Below are positions 60,444 to 64,000 of a stretch of 64,000 nt of DNA, piece after piece. This stretch comes from Promethearchaeota archaeon. GTDB lineage: Archaea; Asgardarchaeota; Lokiarchaeia; Sigyniarchaeales; SOKP01. The stretch is taken from contig JAEOTA010000018.1 in the NCBI GenBank assembly GCA_016840085.1, positions 96,001 to 160,000 on the forward strand. Direction: 5' to 3'. The translations under genes were made by a program, and so were the position numbers. Positions within the stretch are counted from its first letter, which is position 1, and the number at the start of each line of letters is the position of its first letter. The notes beneath the pieces were generated by a model. It was not told where the DNA came from and searched no databases. It worked only from the letters and a program-made list of their open reading frames with translations.

Positions 60444-61778
60444 TTAATAGTCAATTCTAGGAATTGTATCTTCTGTTTCTCTTCGAGTTGGTTTATATTT
60501 GAAAAATCTTCTAGATTCACTATCCTCCAATACATAATTCGACCCTCCACCATGCAGCATGCAATAGGGGTCTAATAAACCTATTTCATTTGCATACTGT
60601 CGGGTAAATCCACGTCCACCTAAAGTTCTGAAACAATGGATTGCACTTTCAAAGCCAAGTTCTGTAGAACTAATTTTCAAACCCATTGCATTAGCTGCCA
60701 TTAATTTTGAACTTCCTGACTCTGGATATTCATCCATTTTTCTTGCATATTGAATCAATGCCGAAAATAACAAGTTTAATTCTCGAATTTTTTTAGAAAT
60801 AGGAAAACGAATCACTTGATATTGATGAAGTCTTTTATCAAATTGCATTCGTTGAAGAGCATAAGCATGAGAATATAGTAATTTTTTCATAGCATCTCCA
60901 AGAGCTTCGGCACTAATAACCAATCGTTCTTCAGTAAGTTGGTGAAAAGCGATATCCAGTCCATGACCATGAAGTAAGTTTTCTTTTGGTATTTCTACTC
61001 TATCAAAGATTAAACGACTCACAAAAGCATCCGTCATACCGTAAGTTCTTACTCTAGCACTTCTAAAATTCTTTAATTGCTGATTTTCAGTATCAACTAC
61101 CGTTGCACCCAATTGTCCATTATCCAATCTCCCATATAAAACTATGAAATCAGCAATCATTCCATTTGTAATGAATAACTTCTTACCTTTTGCAATTAAT
61201 TTATTATCCTTTTCATATAATCTTAGTTCCATACTAAAGATATCAGAGCCAGCATTAAATTCTGTCATTCCTGAAGCTCCAATTTGACCATCTTTGGCAA
61301 CAGGGACTAAAAATTTCTCTTTTTGCATATTATCAGAAGCATAATTAACGGGATTACAATAAAGCGTTCCGCCAGATAATCTTCCCATCTCAATACTATA
61401 ATTTCCCGCTATATATCTTTCACTATATTCACTCCATCGTCCTCCACAAAGAGCATATGCAATAAGAGCATTTCTTGTAATTCTACCAATTTCATATTCC
61501 TCTGTATTAAGTACTGTAGAGTAATATCCCTTATCAGCTAATTTTTTCATTATTGCAATAACAATTTCTTTTTTCTTCTCCTGAGTTGGTTCCTCTACAA
61601 AATAATTTAAACTCTCTAATTTTCTTAACTCAGGATCTAGTTCTTTTTCCATAAAATCATATAATTCGGCCAAAAACTCTTTTTCTTTATCATTCAGAAC
61701 TGGATTATTTAATAAATCTAATTCGGGAACGTATCTTTGGATTCGGATGGGTTCAAACTCAGAAATTCTCGTGTCCAT
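60444..61778 (-). CDS. Acyl-CoA dehydrogenase family protein
   Basis: GMTEFNAGSD, GKKLFITNG, LTEERL, YALQRMQF...YQVI, LGGRGF. Confidence 0.88.
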   Translation of the reverse strand: MDTRISEFEPIRIQRYVPELDLLNNPVLNDKEKEFLAELYDFMEKELDPELRKLESLNYFVEEPTQEKKKEIVIAIMKKLADKGYYSTVLNTEEYEIGRITRNALIAYALCGGRWSEYSERYIAGNYSIEMGRLSGGTLYCNPVNYASDNMQKEKFLVPVAKDGQIGASGMTEFNAGSDIFSMELRLYEKDNKLIAKGKKLFITNGMIADFIVLYGRLDNGQLGATVVDTENQQLKNFRSARVRTYGMTDAFVSRLIFDRVEIPKENLLHGHGLDIAFHQLTEERLVISAEALGDAMKKLLYSHAYALQRMQFDKRLHQYQVIRFPISKKIRELNLLFSALIQYARKMDEYPESGSSKLMAANAMGLKISSTELGFESAIHCFRTLGGRGFTRQYANEIGLLDPYCMLHGGGSNYVLEDSESRRFFKYKPTRRETEDTIPRIDY

Positions 61779-62086
61779 TTTATTTCATCAAACTCATTTT
61801 AAAAAATAAGAATTTTTACAATATTATTTAAATCTGAATTTAAAATAAAACTTTACCTTAATTATCAATTCGTTTAGTTAAGCTACAAATTTAATAAAAA
61901 ACATTCATGAAGTTCATTTCGAAATTCTCTTTTAATTTAAAATAGGATTATTTTCCCATTCCTAATCATTAATCTTAATTAGAAATCTTTTAATCAAAAT
62001 AAAACATAAGAATAAAATATCAAATTTAGTAGAAAACTAAATTCTAAATATAAATTAAATTTAAAATTTTAAAAAGTGAAAGCAAT

Positions 62087-63508
62087 ATGATTAAATTTAG
62101 CGATAAACAATTAAAAATCCCCAAATTAATGCGACCAGTATATTTAGTAACAGTGGGAATGTCAAAGTTTGATCGTGCATTTCCTGAAACTCGAACAGAA
62201 GAATTATGTATTCAAGCATTAACGGCCGCAGCAGATTTCGTCAAAATGACCCCTAGCGAGTTAAAACAATATATTCATACTTGTTATTATGGTCATTTTG
62301 CTGATCACTTCGGGGATCAATTACTAGGAGAAGCTGTAATTCATGATAGACTGGGTCTAGATCCACTAGGAAACATCGGAATAAAGACAGGTGGAGCTAC
62401 AGGTGGTTCTGCTATGTGGGAAGCTGTTAAAGCTGTTGCTTCTGGATATAGCGATTGTGCTCTTGCTCTAGGGTGGGAGAGAATGGATGAAGTGCCTACA
62501 GATGAAGGTAATCACCTCATTTCCTGTGCTGCAGATAAAGATTGGGAAACACCGCTTGGACATATGTATACAGGTTATTATGCTGTCATGGCTCAGAGAT
62601 ACTGGAAAATTTTTGGAAAAGAAGAAGATTCATTTAGAAATACTATGGCAGAAATAGCAGTTAAAAATCGAGGGTATGCTAGAATGAATCCTTATGCCCA
62701 CGGACCGATGAAGATAACTGTAGAAGATGTGATTAACTCTCCCATAGTCGCATATCCTCTTCGTGCTTTAGATTGTTGTTTAATGAGCGTTGGATCGGCG
62801 TGTGGAATAGTATGTGATGAAAAAACAGCATATGAAATCACAGATAAACCACTTAGGATTTATATAGCAGCTGGGAGTCATACTTTGAGAGTCGCAGATC
62901 GTCGTGATATGAAGATACCTCTATTGCCTAATGAAACAAATAACTATTACGAAGACTTGGGGAAAAGATTTCCTGGTGGAGATCGCTATCCCGGGTTCAC
63001 AAGCTTTTTAGCAGCAAGGATATCTGCTTATTATGCGTATCATATGTCTGGTGTTGTTGATCCTAGTGAAGATCTTGATTTAGTTGAACTTCATGATGCA
63101 TTTACTATTAGCGATATTCAAACATATGAAGACATTGGAATAAGACCTTACGGTGAGGGAAGAACTTATATTGAGAGTGGAGATGCATATGTTATTAATC
63201 CAAATACTAAAAAACCAGGAAAATTAGCTAGCAATCCAAGTGGTGGTTTAATAGGGTGTATGCATGCTGTAGGAGCAACGGGACTTATGCAGATTGCTGA
63301 GATTGGATACCATATTTGGAAACGATGGGATGAAATCCATGAGCCTGAGGAGAAATGGAAAACTTTTGGAAGGAAAAAACCAAAAGATTGGGAGAGTTTA
63401 CAAGTTAAAGGAGCAAAAAGAGGATTAGCTATAAGCCATGCAGGTGTAGGATCTCATGTAACTTGTACTATTTTGATGGATCCAAATAATTTAATAAAGG
63501 AGGATTAA
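62087..63508 (+). CDS. Thiolase-superfamily (SCP2/Ltp-type) protein
   Basis: GMSKF, KTGGATGG, AVKN....NPYA, PLRALDCC, VELHDAF, NPSGGL, HAVGATG. Confidence 0.88.
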   Translation: MIKFSDKQLKIPKLMRPVYLVTVGMSKFDRAFPETRTEELCIQALTAAADFVKMTPSELKQYIHTCYYGHFADHFGDQLLGEAVIHDRLGLDPLGNIGIKTGGATGGSAMWEAVKAVASGYSDCALALGWERMDEVPTDEGNHLISCAADKDWETPLGHMYTGYYAVMAQRYWKIFGKEEDSFRNTMAEIAVKNRGYARMNPYAHGPMKITVEDVINSPIVAYPLRALDCCLMSVGSACGIVCDEKTAYEITDKPLRIYIAAGSHTLRVADRRDMKIPLLPNETNNYYEDLGKRFPGGDRYPGFTSFLAARISAYYAYHMSGVVDPSEDLDLVELHDAFTISDIQTYEDIGIRPYGEGRTYIESGDAYVINPNTKKPGKLASNPSGGLIGCMHAVGATGLMQIAEIGYHIWKRWDEIHEPEEKWKTFGRKKPKDWESLQVKGAKRGLAISHAGVGSHVTCTILMDPNNLIKED

Positions 63509-63510
63509 TA

Positions 63511-64000
63511 ATGGTAAAAAAAGATGATGAAAAGGGTTTTGTTGATATAATCAATGGTAGATATAAACCAAGGGGTATTTTCCACATTTCAGAGGCAAAT
63601 CAGCCAATTTTCAATAAAGATATAGGAAAACTAGCAGGTGTAACAAATCCTAGAGATATGACCTATATTCACTCTTATGGTGGTGAAGCTATATTTTTTG
63701 AATCTCTTGGGAAGGGTAAACTCATGGCTTCAAGATGTGATAACGATAAGTGCGACTCAAAAGGTTCTATCTTTGAACCTTTCAGAATTTTTTGTCCTGA
63801 CTGCTTAAGAAAAGCTACTCCAATTGATATAACCGAAAAAGCTCGAAAAATTGCAAGAATCCATTCCTTTATTGTGACTCATCGATCTGGGGCTTTTAAT
63901 ACACTTCCCAAACCAATAAAATTCATTAATGTCGAATTTGATGAAGAAGTGGTCACAATTCTTATGAGCATTCTAGCAGTTGGAGAACCGGAAATTGGGA
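63511..64000 (+). CDS. Partial DUF35-type Zn-ribbon/OB-fold thiolase partner (runs off window end)
   Basis: Own translation from ATG 63511: ...HSYGGEAIFFESLGKGKLMASRCDNDKC...FRIFCPDC...ARIHSFIVT...; starts directly after the thiolase stop. Confidence 0.85.
   Translation, partial: MVKKDDEKGFVDIINGRYKPRGIFHISEANQPIFNKDIGKLAGVTNPRDMTYIHSYGGEAIFFESLGKGKLMASRCDNDKCDSKGSIFEPFRIFCPDCLRKATPIDITEKARKIARIHSFIVTHRSGAFNTLPKPIKFINVEFDEEVVTILMSILAVGEPEIG

Noticed and set aside
1-64000. tRNA, rRNA, IS elements, prophage
   Set aside because: I saw no GC-rich structured RNA segments, transposase, integrase or terminal inverted repeats; tRNAscan-SE/Infernal would confirm.

Overview
This AT-rich, gene-dense window looks like the chromosome of an Asgard archaeon, most likely Lokiarchaeia. 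That assignment is inferred from archaeal housekeeping genes (rpl35ae, alpha2-type glyS, XPD, RecJ/Cdc45-like DHH protein, beta-CASP nuclease) and H4MPT/F420 C1 genes (mch, mtd, ftr, frhB-like) occurring together with eukaryotic-signature-like proteins. The latter are a Rab-like GTPase, a RagA/Gtr1-like GTPase with a roadblock-like tail, a presenilin-like protease, and LRR and TPR proteins. Metabolic genes cover glycine cleavage (gcvT-H-PA-PB), purine/MTA salvage, peptide, lipid and fatty-acid catabolism, glycogen synthase and an isolated L-rhamnose isomerase. I saw no rRNA, tRNA, CRISPR array or transposase. The most notable observations are four. (1) A 668-aa protein combines multiple Zn fingers, a coiled coil, a GRAM/PH-like domain, an N/Q/P/Y-rich region and a steadiness-box-like tail, suggesting an ESCRT-type adaptor. 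(2) Three conserved genes carry family-defining N-terminal motifs upstream of the first ATG/GTG/TTG and appear to start at ATA/ATT behind a GGTG(A) Shine-Dalgarno. (3) A eukaryote-like presenilin is divergently paired with an archaemetzincin. (4) Two small genes are missing from the ORF track. All family calls come from motif recognition by eye; no database searches were run.
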